From an uncultured Gammaproteobacteria bacterium (GTDB taxonomy: Bacteria; Patescibacteriota; Microgenomatia; UBA10105; UBA927): a DNA stretch of 64,000 nt. The stretch spans positions 59,202-123,201 of the forward strand of contig CAZSTG010000001.1 of the NCBI GenBank assembly GCA_964609895.1, read 5' to 3'. The notes below the pieces were generated by a model. The model was not told the origin of the DNA. It was given only the letters and a program-made list of their open reading frames with translations, and did no database searches. The position numbers and the translations under genes were made by a program. Below, piece after piece: positions 17,665-27,344 of the stretch (positions within the stretch are counted from its first letter, which is position 1; each line of letters opens with the position of its first letter).

Positions 17665-19263
17665 TTAGAGGATAAGTCCGAGAATGAGCAAGAGAATGCT
17701 TCCTGCAACACTGATTGCCCCGATGATTCCAGGACCCTCTCCTGCTACAGGAATTTTTGGAGTTGGTTGACCAGTTGGTGTCGGTGTTGCTGGAGTGTCG
17801 GCAATGAGCCGTACTCTGGTTGGAGTCGGAGTTTGATGTTGTTCTGCGGGTGTTGCAGTGGGATCTGTATATGCCGTAGTCGGCGTAGCCTGAACAACAG
17901 GAGGTGTTGTCGGTGTCGGAGTTGGTTCGTCTGTCGGTGTCGGAGTGACGGCACTTTCGTCCGTGTATCCGATAAATACGTTAAAGTCCTCAAAATCCCA
18001 GTTTGCATCCAATTGTCCGCGCTGATCGGTGTCTTGTCCCTGAATTGCGTCTGCCCAACACTGATACGGTCTGTCTACACCAGAAGTGGTTTTAATGCCG
18101 GAGTCGGACAGGGAAGAAATATACGAACTGATGTCCCGTGTCGGTCCCGGATACCTACCGCATTTATTAGCACTGGTCGGGAGAATAAATCCGACGGAAT
18201 TCGTATCTTCGTTTCCGAGTCGTACGGCAATGGTATATGTTCCTGCGGTCACTGTTGTTTCAAAATTGCCGTCGCTGATTTTTGTCATAGAAGCAGCGGA
18301 TCCGCCTTTGGTCATCGATACAGTGGTGTCAGCATGCACGTTTACCATATGTATGCGAATTTTGCCGTCGGAATCAAAGGTTACGGTATTCAACTTGCTT
18401 CTGTCCGGATCGCATACAATGCTGTTTTCGCTCGGTGCCGCTTCTTCAGGATAATGATAACAATTTCCCGGCGGTGTTTCGCAGTTGTATGGTGCTTTGG
18501 AACAGTCTGTTCCTTTTGGATAACATCCCATGCAACAGCAGACTGAGTCGTTTCTGTTACAGCATAAGTTGCCGCAGTCGAGCGGACAGAAACTGCTGGT
18601 TACCGTTCCCTTGCTTGCACATGCTCCTGTTGTATACAGTACTCTGCCGATGATACAAGAGCCTGTTCCACCTCCACCACCACCGATAGGCGTTGGAGTG
18701 ATGGAAGGATAGACAGCCCTGCTTCTAATTTCCGCAAATTGCGGAGACTGTGTTATGTAATAAATGGCAATGGGAAGAGTAAAAACCAGAAATAACAGGG
18801 TCGCTATCAGAATGCCTTTTTCTGACTTTTTCTTTTTCTGCTGAGGCGGTTTTTTTTCTTGCGTGTCCTGTGTTTCTGTTTCCCCAGAAGGAACAATGAC
18901 AGATTCTGTTGCCGCTTTCACCATAGGTTCCGGAATCGGAGGCGGTGGAGGATCTGGAGATACAGGTGCTATCGGTTGCTGACTGACAGTATCAGGAACA
19001 GGAATTTCTACCGGCGGTTTCTCGGGAATTTCCGGAGGAGGTGCGATAGGAGAAGGTGCTATCGGTTCAGGAAGTATGGGAATTGCCTCGGGCGACTCTA
19101 AAGATGGTGTTTCCGGTTTCACCTGCGTATCAGAAGTGTTTTGAATTGTACCGGCAGCAGATTCTTCAGGTGATGCGTTTTCATCAACTGGAAGCGGTGT
19201 TTCACCTAACGCTTTTGCAGCATCATCTATGACTTGCTGTGGAGATACCGGTTCATCCGCCAT
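17665..19263 (-). CDS. Cell-surface protein: N-terminal TM + 'EIRSRA' motif, Cys-rich module, Pro/Thr-rich linkers, C-terminal IPVAG-hydrophobic sorting signal
   Basis: ...ILIATLLFLVFTLPIAIYYITQSPQFAEIRSRAV...CPLDCGNLCCNRNDSVCCCMGCYPKGTDCSKAPYNCETPPGNCYHY...TPTPTDEPTPTPTTPP...KIPVAGEGPGIIGAISVAGSILLLILGLIL*. Start at ATG 19263 (MADEPV) or 19278. Confidence 0.7.
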   Translation of the reverse strand: MADEPVSPQQVIDDAAKALGETPLPVDENASPEESAAGTIQNTSDTQVKPETPSLESPEAIPILPEPIAPSPIAPPPEIPEKPPVEIPVPDTVSQQPIAPVSPDPPPPPIPEPMVKAATESVIVPSGETETQDTQEKKPPQQKKKKSEKGILIATLLFLVFTLPIAIYYITQSPQFAEIRSRAVYPSITPTPIGGGGGGTGSCIIGRVLYTTGACASKGTVTSSFCPLDCGNLCCNRNDSVCCCMGCYPKGTDCSKAPYNCETPPGNCYHYPEEAAPSENSIVCDPDRSKLNTVTFDSDGKIRIHMVNVHADTTVSMTKGGSAASMTKISDGNFETTVTAGTYTIAVRLGNEDTNSVGFILPTSANKCGRYPGPTRDISSYISSLSDSGIKTTSGVDRPYQCWADAIQGQDTDQRGQLDANWDFEDFNVFIGYTDESAVTPTPTDEPTPTPTTPPVVQATPTTAYTDPTATPAEQHQTPTPTRVRLIADTPATPTPTGQPTPKIPVAGEGPGIIGAISVAGSILLLILGLIL

Positions 19264-19342
19264 GAAAAATACCAGCAAAAAATCAGTACTATATATTAGA
19301 GTAAACTATCTAAGATGAAACTTCAACAAACAAGATCTGTGT

Positions 19343-20278
19343 TTATAATGTTAATCCGATAAGCAGTAGTAGGACGCTGCCTAGTGCAGTGACGGATCCG
19401 AGTAATCCCGGACCTATGCCTGACACCGGCATTGCCTGACCGGCTGTATCCTCAACAGTTTCCTGCGTTGCTGTTTCACTGGTGGTTTCCGGACAGGAGC
19501 ATGTTGATTCCGCCGGACAACTTGCATTTCTGCATCTGTTTATTCCATTTACGGAAGAACAGGTAAGTCCCGATGTACAGTCATTGTCATTTGCACAGGA
19601 AGCGTCGCAGGCGGCAGAATTTGGTTCATTCGTTGGTGCAGGTGTCGGTGCTTCAGTTGGTTCAGGAGTATCGGTCGGATTTGCGTCAGTTGTTTCTGCC
19701 TTCGCTCCGACTCCTTCACCGGACGCACAGCCTGCTTTTGCGCAGGACTGATCAAAACAAAGGTTGCCGCAGTCGCCGGTATATACACCGCAACTTCCTC
19801 CACACGTTTCTGCATTGCATGGTTTTAGTCCAGAAAGCGGCGGCTTTTGTATGTATTTGCATCCACCAGCAACACCATCTTCCTTTACGCGTACATTTGG
19901 TAATTCTCCTGTTACAATATCTTTTGTCGCAACTTCAACAGGACATTGCGCGGGGGCGGATGTGCCGCAACTCCAAACATATCCGCTTTCTGTATCCACA
20001 CATTTACACATATATCCTGTATTTTTCCCCGTTGTTTTGCTGATTTGGCACGCCTGCGTCCCTTTGGTACAAGATTCTGAAGCGGCGCGGCTTCTGGTAT
20101 CTGCAAGTTGCTGCTGCTTGGCAATATAGTAGACTGCTACGGGAAGTGTAACAATCAGAAGAATAATTCCTATTAATAACGGGGTTTTTCCGCCCCCAGT
20201 TTTTTTTCCTGCAGGCTTATCCTTTGCCGGTTCCGGCGGTTGCATCGGGGGAATGATAAAAGTGTCTGTGGTTGGCAT
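19343..20278 (-). CDS. Cell-surface Cys-rich protein, paralogue of 17665..19263 (N-terminal TM + 'DTRSRAA', C-terminal MPVSG-hydrophobic sorting signal)
   Basis: ...LLIGIILLIVTLPVAVYYIAKQQQLADTRSRAAS...multiple Cys-rich blocks (CGGSCGVYTGDCGNLCFDQSCAKAGC...CDASCANDNDCTSGLTCS...)...QAMPVSGIGPGLLGSVTALGSVLLLLIGLTL*. Confidence 0.7.
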   Translation of the reverse strand: MPTTDTFIIPPMQPPEPAKDKPAGKKTGGGKTPLLIGIILLIVTLPVAVYYIAKQQQLADTRSRAASESCTKGTQACQISKTTGKNTGYMCKCVDTESGYVWSCGTSAPAQCPVEVATKDIVTGELPNVRVKEDGVAGGCKYIQKPPLSGLKPCNAETCGGSCGVYTGDCGNLCFDQSCAKAGCASGEGVGAKAETTDANPTDTPEPTEAPTPAPTNEPNSAACDASCANDNDCTSGLTCSSVNGINRCRNASCPAESTCSCPETTSETATQETVEDTAGQAMPVSGIGPGLLGSVTALGSVLLLLIGLTL

Positions 20279-20312
20279 ACATTGTGCACTGTTAGTGTTG
20301 CATGTGGCAGTT

Positions 20313-21641
20313 TTACGTACGTTCTTTGACGAACAACAACGAACCGCCGCCGATAATCAATGCCGATCCGAGTAAAAGAAGCAGTAATGTCGGAATATAT
20401 GATCCGCTTGTCGGCATCGGTTCGGACGCAAGATCTGCTTCCTCTGTGGCCACCTCTTCAGGCGTCGGTGTCGGCGTTTCCAGTTCTGCTGATGCAGTTG
20501 CATCTCCCAAAACTTGTGTGCCGCTTTTCATCACAATAAATGTATGTGTAATGACAATGGGTTTGTTTTTTGCATCTACACTGCTGATGGTGACACGTTG
20601 TTTTCCCGGAGAGAGTGATTTTGTCGATGTATATTTCCATAATCCGTCCTTATCAACAGTTGTCGTTCCCGTTGTCGGATTGGTGAGTCCGAGAGAAACG
20701 GTTACTTTTTTTCCTGCCACACCAGTTCCCCTGATCTGCGGCCGGTATGTGGACACGGTAGCCCCCTCCATTGGTGCGGTAAGGGAAACAGCGCCCGTTG
20801 TTGCGCCCAATACCGCCGTTTGTGTGTTGGTTGACTTCAACGCGGCAGGTGTTGTGCTTGTGTTTGCAGCAGAAGCAAGGGAGGAAGATACAGGTTTTTT
20901 TGCATCGCGGTTTCGGAAATCATAGGTCTGTCCGAGAATAATATCGGGTACAGGAGCATCATTGAATGTGTCTGTCAGCACGTTTGATTCCGTTGTTCCT
21001 TTTTGGATAACCAGTGTTTCCGTATACCGGTCGCTGCTTGGCACATAGGAACTTCCGTCAGGTGTCCGTATTGTGGAAAGGGGAATGATCCATGAGCCGG
21101 AATTTCTGACGAGTGTGGAAAGCGTCTGACTGCCGGTAAGAGTAAGAAAAACAAGCGCGCCTTCCGCCGGTGTTGTTTCATCCAGCGTTACCTTTCCGTA
21201 TGCAGGATCGATATTCGGTGGCATGTCGGTAAGTGATGCAAAAGTGGAAACCTGATAGCTTTTTTTATCCGTCGGATATTTTTTCCCGTTGGAGAGAATC
21301 GTAACGTCAAACAACGTCGCAGGAGGCAGCGATCGTATAGACACGCTGTGGGTATTATATTTACCTAATTTTCCGGTTGCGTCCCGCTCGTCGAATCCAG
21401 AATATTTTTTTCCATTGGTATCAACAGCCAATATGGTTCCGCTTGCCGTTTCCTCTGTCTGCCAGACGATAGTAAAACTTGTATCAGTAATGTTGGTTAC
21501 CGTTACCTGCTGCGGTTCTATGGAAGCGCCGGCACGCGTCTGTGTTTTGGAAAATAACTGAAACAGAAAGCTGATTCCTGTCATCAATAGCACGACAAGA
21601 ATGATGCCGACAATCGTAGGTATTTTTCTTGGCCCTTGCAT
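20313..21641 (-). CDS. Cell-surface protein with Fn3/Ig-like beta domains. N-terminal TM + 'TQTRAGAS', C-terminal PMPTSG-TM-KERT sorting signal.
   Basis: MQGPRKIPTIVGIILVVLLMTGISFLFQLFSKTQTRAGAS...VTVTNITDTSFTIVWQTEE (Fn3-like)...EPMPTSGSYIPTLLLLLLGSALIIGGGSLLFVKERT*. Confidence 0.7.
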   Translation of the reverse strand: MQGPRKIPTIVGIILVVLLMTGISFLFQLFSKTQTRAGASIEPQQVTVTNITDTSFTIVWQTEETASGTILAVDTNGKKYSGFDERDATGKLGKYNTHSVSIRSLPPATLFDVTILSNGKKYPTDKKSYQVSTFASLTDMPPNIDPAYGKVTLDETTPAEGALVFLTLTGSQTLSTLVRNSGSWIIPLSTIRTPDGSSYVPSSDRYTETLVIQKGTTESNVLTDTFNDAPVPDIILGQTYDFRNRDAKKPVSSSLASAANTSTTPAALKSTNTQTAVLGATTGAVSLTAPMEGATVSTYRPQIRGTGVAGKKVTVSLGLTNPTTGTTTVDKDGLWKYTSTKSLSPGKQRVTISSVDAKNKPIVITHTFIVMKSGTQVLGDATASAELETPTPTPEEVATEEADLASEPMPTSGSYIPTLLLLLLGSALIIGGGSLLFVKERT

Positions 21642-21650
21642 AATAAATCA

Positions 21651-21845
21651 TTAGAACTTGGTTTTTTGTTCTAATATATCCAGTGTATCAGTATCGAGCT
21701 TCGGTGTTAAGGGTGTGATCACCTGATTGACGGTGGAAGACACCGTTGACGTTTTGGTGGTTTTTACCAGTTCAAAAAATATCCATGACAAGACGGTGAC
21801 AAACGTGAATATTGAGATAAGGAATAAGTCGCGGTCTGATTTCAT
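21651..21845 (-). CDS. Small single-pass membrane protein downstream of pilO (possible pilus-assembly accessory)
   Basis: 64 aa: MKSDRDLFLISIFTFVTVLSWIFFELV... Tightly packed 7 bp after pilO. No recognisable family. Confidence 0.35.
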   Translation of the reverse strand: MKSDRDLFLISIFTFVTVLSWIFFELVKTTKTSTVSSTVNQVITPLTPKLDTDTLDILEQKTKF

Positions 21846-21851
21846 AGCGTG

Positions 21852-22502
21852 TTAGGGTGTTGCATAATACGCATTCATTTTTAATACCAGCTGAATGGAC
21901 GGCGAAGCGGAGATGGTTGTCGCCTGTTTTTTGTTCGGCGTGAATGAGATGGATTCAATGGTTATAATTCTGCGCATGGCAATGCAATTGCGTAAAAATG
22001 AGGAAAGCGCATCGTAATTGCCTTCAATAGACATGGAGACGGCAAAATCAATCTGTTTGACTGTATAGGATTTGGATGCACTTGCACTGGCAGACGGCAG
22101 CATGGGGGCGGAGGCAACCTGAATGGCGGAAATGGATGCGCCGGCGCTCGTTGCAATGTCGCGCAGTTGTCTTACGACATCTATGGCATTTGGATCGGTT
22201 GGCGTTGCGTCTTGGATGTAGGATGCGCGTTGTCCTATGGATTCAAGCAGCGCCTGCGCCTCTATCAGCGCTTCTATTTTTTCATCCATTTTTTTGTTCA
22301 CCGATTTTTTATCGACAATTTCTCGCCTTAGGTAGAGAATGGTCTGCACTGTCGGTTTGACTGCATACCACCCGAACAATGCAACAACCAAGAAAATAAA
22401 TATAACGGTTGAATACACCCGTGTTTTCGGTTTTGCCAAAATCGGTTCAAGCGAATGATAGTATTTTCTGTATTGTTCCGGTAGGTTGAATTTGCTTGCC
22501 AT
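21852..22502 (-). CDS. pilO: Type IV pilus assembly protein PilO-like
   Basis: N-terminal cytoplasmic segment, one TM helix (VIFIFLVVALFGWYAV), coiled coil, then a periplasmic domain. Position directly after pilN. Confidence 0.6.
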   Translation of the reverse strand: MASKFNLPEQYRKYYHSLEPILAKPKTRVYSTVIFIFLVVALFGWYAVKPTVQTILYLRREIVDKKSVNKKMDEKIEALIEAQALLESIGQRASYIQDATPTDPNAIDVVRQLRDIATSAGASISAIQVASAPMLPSASASASKSYTVKQIDFAVSMSIEGNYDALSSFLRNCIAMRRIITIESISFTPNKKQATTISASPSIQLVLKMNAYYATP

Positions 22503-22509
22503 AATCGTA

Positions 22510-23076
22510 TTATTTTTTCCCTGCGGCGGTGTTGACGCCCACCAGTTCGGCTTCCAAAGTATATTGGATGCCTATACTCGTTGCTTTGTCGATAGTGCCG
22601 ATTTCAATATTTTTGAGTGATTTGGTTGCATTGAGATTTAACAGGAGTTGTGAAAAACTCTGCACTGTAAGGGAAGTGATCTGCGCGGTAACTTTTCCGT
22701 TATTTATTGACAGCGTTTGGAAATAGGTACCGGACGGAAGAAGCGTGTGCAGTGTCTGGATTGTGTCCGTCGGTTTACTTTGGCGGTCGAGTAGCACTTT
22801 GATTTTGTTTAACGAATCCTGTGTCCTTTTGAATGTTATTTCCAAACCCTGATTATAGGCAATGATGTCCTGTTTTTGTGAAATTTCATCTTTCAGGTCT
22901 GTGAGTTGCCGGTCAAGGCTGAACCGAGAAATAAAAGCGATAAGCACAATCATTTCCGTCGTAATCATGATATATCTTCCATACGTGGTGATCCACGTGA
23001 TCATTCGTCCGACGGGGGAGAGTTCTTGTTTTGATGAACCCAGAAGATTTATCTCAACTGTTGATGTGGCAGGCAT
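22510..23076 (-). CDS. pilN: Type IV pilus assembly protein PilN-like
   Basis: MPATSTVEINLL (the conserved PilN 'INLL' N-terminus)... one TM helix (IMITTEMIVLIAFI), then coiled coil (LTDLKDEISQKQ). Confidence 0.65.
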   Translation of the reverse strand: MPATSTVEINLLGSSKQELSPVGRMITWITTYGRYIMITTEMIVLIAFISRFSLDRQLTDLKDEISQKQDIIAYNQGLEITFKRTQDSLNKIKVLLDRQSKPTDTIQTLHTLLPSGTYFQTLSINNGKVTAQITSLTVQSFSQLLLNLNATKSLKNIEIGTIDKATSIGIQYTLEAELVGVNTAAGKK

Positions 23077-23125
23077 GCATTCATTATAAGGGGAAAAACA
23101 AGAATCCTCAATGATGGGAGTTGCT

Positions 23126-23365
23126 TTACTTGGCTTGAACGAGTTTGGAAAGACGTGACTTGAGTCGTGCTGCTTTATTTTTGTGGATAACGTGCATTTT
23201 TACCGCTTTATCAAGCGTCGCGAATACAGCAGAAAGCTGTTTGGCGTTTGGTGTTTTTCGCATGTCTTTCACGACACTGCGGACATACGCCCGTTTCGTT
23301 GCGGTTGCAACAGAGCGTTTTTTGTCGTGACGCAGTTTCTTTAATGCTTGTGCGGTTATTGGCAT
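23126..23365 (-). CDS. rpsT: 30S ribosomal protein S20
   Basis: MPITAQALKKLRHDKKRSVATATKRAYVRSVVK...KNKAARLKSRLSKLVQAK. Typical S20. Confidence 0.9.
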   Translation of the reverse strand: MPITAQALKKLRHDKKRSVATATKRAYVRSVVKDMRKTPNAKQLSAVFATLDKAVKMHVIHKNKAARLKSRLSKLVQAK

Positions 23366-23432
23366 AGGGGAAAGTATAGCAGAGAGGTATCTATCCGGTC
23401 AAGGTTGGAGTGCGTTATAATAGACAACAGAA

Positions 23433-25088
23433 ATGAAATCCTTGCTGGAATTACTTACCAAAAAACAGTCTTCCGTCCGGTCGGCAGCTATCGTGTTAAT
23501 GGCAATGGTGTTTGTTTCCCGCATATTGGGATTGGTCAGAGACCGGCTGTTGGCGGCACGGTTTTCTCCGGATGAACTGGGTGTATATCTGGCGGCATTC
23601 CGTATGCCGAACTTTTTGTTTGAACTGTTGGTTATGGGTGCACTCACATCCGCGTTTATTCCTGTCTATACGAAATATGTGGCAAAAGGAAAACAGGATG
23701 AGGCGTGGAGGATTTCCAACACCCTCATTACTGTATCAGTTGCAATTCTTCTTGTTATTTCTATTCCGCTTCTTATCTGGACGAGTCAGATTTCAGCACT
23801 CATTGCTCCGGGATTTTCCCCTGCGGAAATCGACCGCATGGTGCAGTTTACGCGGTTTATGGTGGTATTGCAGGTATTTCCGCTGTTAATCGGCAATTTT
23901 TTTACCGGCATTCTGCAGTCACACAAGATGTTTTTTCTTCCGGCGCTCGCCCCTGTGGTGTATAACATGGGAATTATTCTGGGAATTCTGCTGTTCAGCG
24001 GAAGCATCGGGTTGTGGGGACCGGTGGTGGGTGTCGGTATTGGTGCGTTTTTGTTTATGAGCATTCAGATACCGCCGCTAATGAAACTGGGATTCAGGCA
24101 AAAGCCGTCGATGGATCTTCGGAATGAGGGTGTACGTGAAGTGGGAAAACTGATGCTGCCCCGTACGGCAGGTCTTGCTGTTTCGCAGATTGACACCACT
24201 GTTGACCTGATATTGTCTTCACTACTCGGTACACGCATGGTAACGGTATTCAGTTTTGCGCAGCAACTCCAACAGTTGCCCATCGGCCTGTTTGGAGCAA
24301 CGGTTGCGCAGGCGGCGTTTCCTTTGTTGTCTCAGGCGTCTGCAAGCGACGATAAGGAGCAATACATGAAAACGATTACCTCTGCGCTCAACCAGATCAT
24401 GTTTTTCATCATGCCGATCTCCGTATTATTCATCGTACTCCGCATTCCCATTGTCCGGTTGGTGTTTGGCGCATCGCGGTTTGACTGGCAGGCAACAGTA
24501 TTGACGGGCATGACCTTGTCGGCGTTTAGCGTGTCCCTGTCCGCGCAGGCGATATCACAGTTGCTGACCCGCGGATTCTATGCGCTTTTTGACACCATGA
24601 CACCGATGATCATCGCCGTCATCACCATTGTCATGAACACGGTGTTAAGTATAGTGTTTGTCCAGATAGTGCACCTGCCGGTTTGGTCGCTTGGACTTTC
24701 CACAACGATTGCCAGTTTTGTCAATGTGTTTCTGCTTTTTGTTTATCTGGAGCGGCGGCTGGGAAGTCGGATTTTGGTGAAATTGCTTACAACACCAGCA
24801 AAAATTATTATTGCCTCTTTGGTAACCGGCGTTGCACTGTACGTCCCGCTGAAATTATTCGACCAGCTGATTTTTGATACCACCAGAACATTCGGCCTCT
24901 TGCTCCTTGCCGGCGTAAGCAGTGTGATCGGTCTTGCTGTGTATTTGTTTTTAGTGTGGATGTTCGGCGTAACGGAAGCAAAATCGTTCATTGCACTGCT
25001 GACTAAATTCAGACATCCAAAGCAGATTATTTTGGAGCCGGCAAACGAAGTGGTAGGGAACGGCAGCCAGAATACGCCGATGACATAA
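23433..25088 (+). CDS. murJ: Lipid II flippase MurJ (MviN)
   Basis: ...VFVSRILGLVRDRLLAARFSPDELGVYLAAFRMPNFLFELLVMGALTSAFIPVY... canonical MurJ N-terminus. 14 predicted TM segments. Confidence 0.9.
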   Translation: MKSLLELLTKKQSSVRSAAIVLMAMVFVSRILGLVRDRLLAARFSPDELGVYLAAFRMPNFLFELLVMGALTSAFIPVYTKYVAKGKQDEAWRISNTLITVSVAILLVISIPLLIWTSQISALIAPGFSPAEIDRMVQFTRFMVVLQVFPLLIGNFFTGILQSHKMFFLPALAPVVYNMGIILGILLFSGSIGLWGPVVGVGIGAFLFMSIQIPPLMKLGFRQKPSMDLRNEGVREVGKLMLPRTAGLAVSQIDTTVDLILSSLLGTRMVTVFSFAQQLQQLPIGLFGATVAQAAFPLLSQASASDDKEQYMKTITSALNQIMFFIMPISVLFIVLRIPIVRLVFGASRFDWQATVLTGMTLSAFSVSLSAQAISQLLTRGFYALFDTMTPMIIAVITIVMNTVLSIVFVQIVHLPVWSLGLSTTIASFVNVFLLFVYLERRLGSRILVKLLTTPAKIIIASLVTGVALYVPLKLFDQLIFDTTRTFGLLLLAGVSSVIGLAVYLFLVWMFGVTEAKSFIALLTKFRHPKQIILEPANEVVGNGSQNTPMT

Positions 25089-25097
25089 AAAAACGCA

Positions 25098-26504
25098 TCA
25101 CTTCATCCGTTGCACTTCCAGCTGTATGACACTTTGGGGAGTTGCCACAACCGTTTTTTTCAGCACGCCGTTCGTAACCGTTTCCTGACTTTGTGTTGTT
25201 TTTCCGGAGAGTATTGTTTCCTTATATGTATATGTACCGTTGGGGAGATGCATAAATGTGACAGGAACCTGTTCCGTATGTGTTCCCTTGGCGTCAAAGT
25301 TTACCAGCAGCACTTTGATGATGTTGTTTTTGACTGATGCAAATCCGGTAACCCATGATCCTTCACCCGAAAGTTGCAGCCGTGTTCCTTTCATCGCATC
25401 AAAAAATGAATAGACATAATAGCGCGGTTTGATCTTTTTTCCGTTTGTCGGATGTGTAATCAGCCCCCAGCCGCTTCCGTTTTCCTGATTCGGTCCATCC
25501 ACAAGTTCAAAGGAAAACAGATACGTCGGTCCGCCGGAAATAAGTTCCCGAAGTACTGATGCGGTATGAGCAGTCCCGAATGAGGTACCGTATGCCGTGC
25601 TTTTTGCGCCGGTAAAACCGAATTCCGTAATGATGGTCGGTTTGGTGGTGTATGCGGGATATGCCATGAGCCAACCACTCAAATTATGCTGGTCTGTGGT
25701 GAACTGCTTGGGATTGGCTAAGTAGGAATGCCACGAAAAAAAGTCCAACCGGCTGCCGGTGTTGATCACTCCAAGAATCCAGTTTTTGTAGAGACCTGTT
25801 GTTGCCGGTCCGCCGAACATAAACGGATTGACGTTGTTTGCCTGATTTGCTCCGGTTGCCGCATACCGGTATAACGTCAGATAGTTTTTTTCTCCGCTCA
25901 GTTTCCATGAGCCGAACTGGTCAAGATCTGGTTCGTTCCATACTTCGTAGTACATGCCACTGATGTTTTTCCCCGATTTTCCGCTGTAATGCTCTATTGT
26001 TTTCTGCACAACTGTCGCCCAATCGTTCCAGTCGTTCGGCGGATTGATGACAACGCCGTCTTTTGCAATAGCTTGTGGCATAAAAGAAAGAGACAGAAAC
26101 GGTTTTGCTCCTGTTGCCAGAATGGTATTGACGGCAGTATCAAGCTTTGAAAAATCAAAGGAAAGTGTGCTGCCGTTTTTTGACACAACGTCATAATGAT
26201 CAAAAATATGATCCAGTCTGATAACTTTTGGTGACAGTGCCTTTGTTTCCTGCAGGACAGGGGCGATCATATCGCCTGCCTCTTCACCGCCCTGTGCAAA
26301 AGCGTGGAAAAAGTCAGTGTTGATTTCCTCCAGTTTTGTCTGCGTGTCTATGACAATGGTTGCTTTTGTGCCGGATGCTTTGGAAACCAGCTGTGTTGTT
26401 TTGTATACCACGGCGATCAGAAGTGGAATAAATACAAGGAGGGCAAGGATGGAAGTAAATGTGGTGAATTTGGATGGTGCGGTTTTTTCCAGAAATGATG
26501 TCAT
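25098..26504 (-). CDS. Secreted/anchored clan GH-A glycoside hydrolase (GH39/GH5-like)
   Basis: N-terminal TM helix. ...YYEVWNEPDL (catalytic acid/base 'NEP' of clan GH-A)...ITEFGFTG (nucleophile Glu context). Confidence 0.65.
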   Translation of the reverse strand: MTSFLEKTAPSKFTTFTSILALLVFIPLLIAVVYKTTQLVSKASGTKATIVIDTQTKLEEINTDFFHAFAQGGEEAGDMIAPVLQETKALSPKVIRLDHIFDHYDVVSKNGSTLSFDFSKLDTAVNTILATGAKPFLSLSFMPQAIAKDGVVINPPNDWNDWATVVQKTIEHYSGKSGKNISGMYYEVWNEPDLDQFGSWKLSGEKNYLTLYRYAATGANQANNVNPFMFGGPATTGLYKNWILGVINTGSRLDFFSWHSYLANPKQFTTDQHNLSGWLMAYPAYTTKPTIITEFGFTGAKSTAYGTSFGTAHTASVLRELISGGPTYLFSFELVDGPNQENGSGWGLITHPTNGKKIKPRYYVYSFFDAMKGTRLQLSGEGSWVTGFASVKNNIIKVLLVNFDAKGTHTEQVPVTFMHLPNGTYTYKETILSGKTTQSQETVTNGVLKKTVVATPQSVIQLEVQRMK

Positions 26505-27298
26505 ACAGTCTGTTTTGCTTTTGCGTATACAACACCGCTCACTGCAATGCAGCAGATACCTGCAATAAGCAGTGCGACGGTTGTTTCTGTTGATCCCGTT
26601 ACGGGCACTTCGTCACTGCCGCCTCCCATGCCGTCGGTGGTAATGAGCGCGCTGTCTGTTGCCTCTGTTTCGGGTGTCACTGTCGGTTCTGCAGGAGTCT
26701 CCGTGGGTGTGACAGCGGAAAGGAGTGCTGCCTGCGTGGGTGTCGGCATGACGGTAGTTGTGGTGGTGGTTGTTGATGTCCCGAGAATATTTACGGAAGC
26801 GGTTCCCATGGTGGTAATCACATTGGTTGATTCCGCCAGTCCTGATGCAAATGTGGTGGTGTCAAATTTCAACTGGACGGGCGCGGTTGTTCCTGTTTTT
26901 CCCTTAAAGCGGATGACGGCAATAGTGCCGGTACCTGTTATGGGGGAAGTGGTGCTGTTAGCAGCTACGGTAATAGATGCGGTGCCCGCCCCTACGATTC
27001 CGGAAGCGGTGATTTTTGGTGCCAATGCGCCATTCGTGATGCTTGTGGCTTCGAGTTTCGTGGAATCGAAGGTAACAACGACTTTGACCGCGGTAACATT
27101 GTTTGTGCCTGTGTTGATGTCGACGTTGACGGCAAATTGTTCATCCACTGGCTTAGTGATGGTTGTCGGATTAAAAGAAAGAGCGGTTGCTGGCGCGGCG
27201 CGGCTGCGGATATCCTGCTGCCTTCCCACCAAGTAGACTGATGCAGGGACCGCGACCAAAAGAAGTATACCAACAATAAGTAAGACGATTTTTTTCAT
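26501..27298 (-). CDS. Thr-rich cell-surface protein. N-terminal TM + 'DIRSRAAP', C-terminal VPVTG-TM-KAKQTV sorting signal.
   Basis: MKKIVLLIVGILLLVAVPASVYLVGRQQDIRSRAAP...TSTTTTTTTVMPTPTQ...EVPVTGSTETTVALLIAGICCIAVSGVVYAKAKQTV*. Start at ATG 27296-27298. Confidence 0.7.
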   Translation of the reverse strand: MKKIVLLIVGILLLVAVPASVYLVGRQQDIRSRAAPATALSFNPTTITKPVDEQFAVNVDINTGTNNVTAVKVVVTFDSTKLEATSITNGALAPKITASGIVGAGTASITVAANSTTSPITGTGTIAVIRFKGKTGTTAPVQLKFDTTTFASGLAESTNVITTMGTASVNILGTSTTTTTTTVMPTPTQAALLSAVTPTETPAEPTVTPETEATDSALITTDGMGGGSDEVPVTGSTETTVALLIAGICCIAVSGVVYAKAKQTV

Positions 27299-27344
27299 CC
27301 TATATTTAGTATGCCGTAAACAGACAAGGGAAGACAATAGGGTA

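Noticed and set aside
17767-18546. 259-aa plus-strand ORF inside the 17665..19263 surface-protein gene
   Set aside because: Cys/Arg-rich antisense shadow of the Pro/Thr-rich gene. No start context.
20302-20925. 207-aa plus-strand ORF overlapping the 20313..21641 gene
   Set aside because: Antisense shadow ORF in a Thr/Ser/Val-rich gene.
26547-27236. 229-aa plus-strand ORF inside the 26501..27298 Thr-rich surface-protein gene
   Set aside because: Antisense shadow. Val/Ala-rich translation of the complementary Thr/Gly-rich gene.
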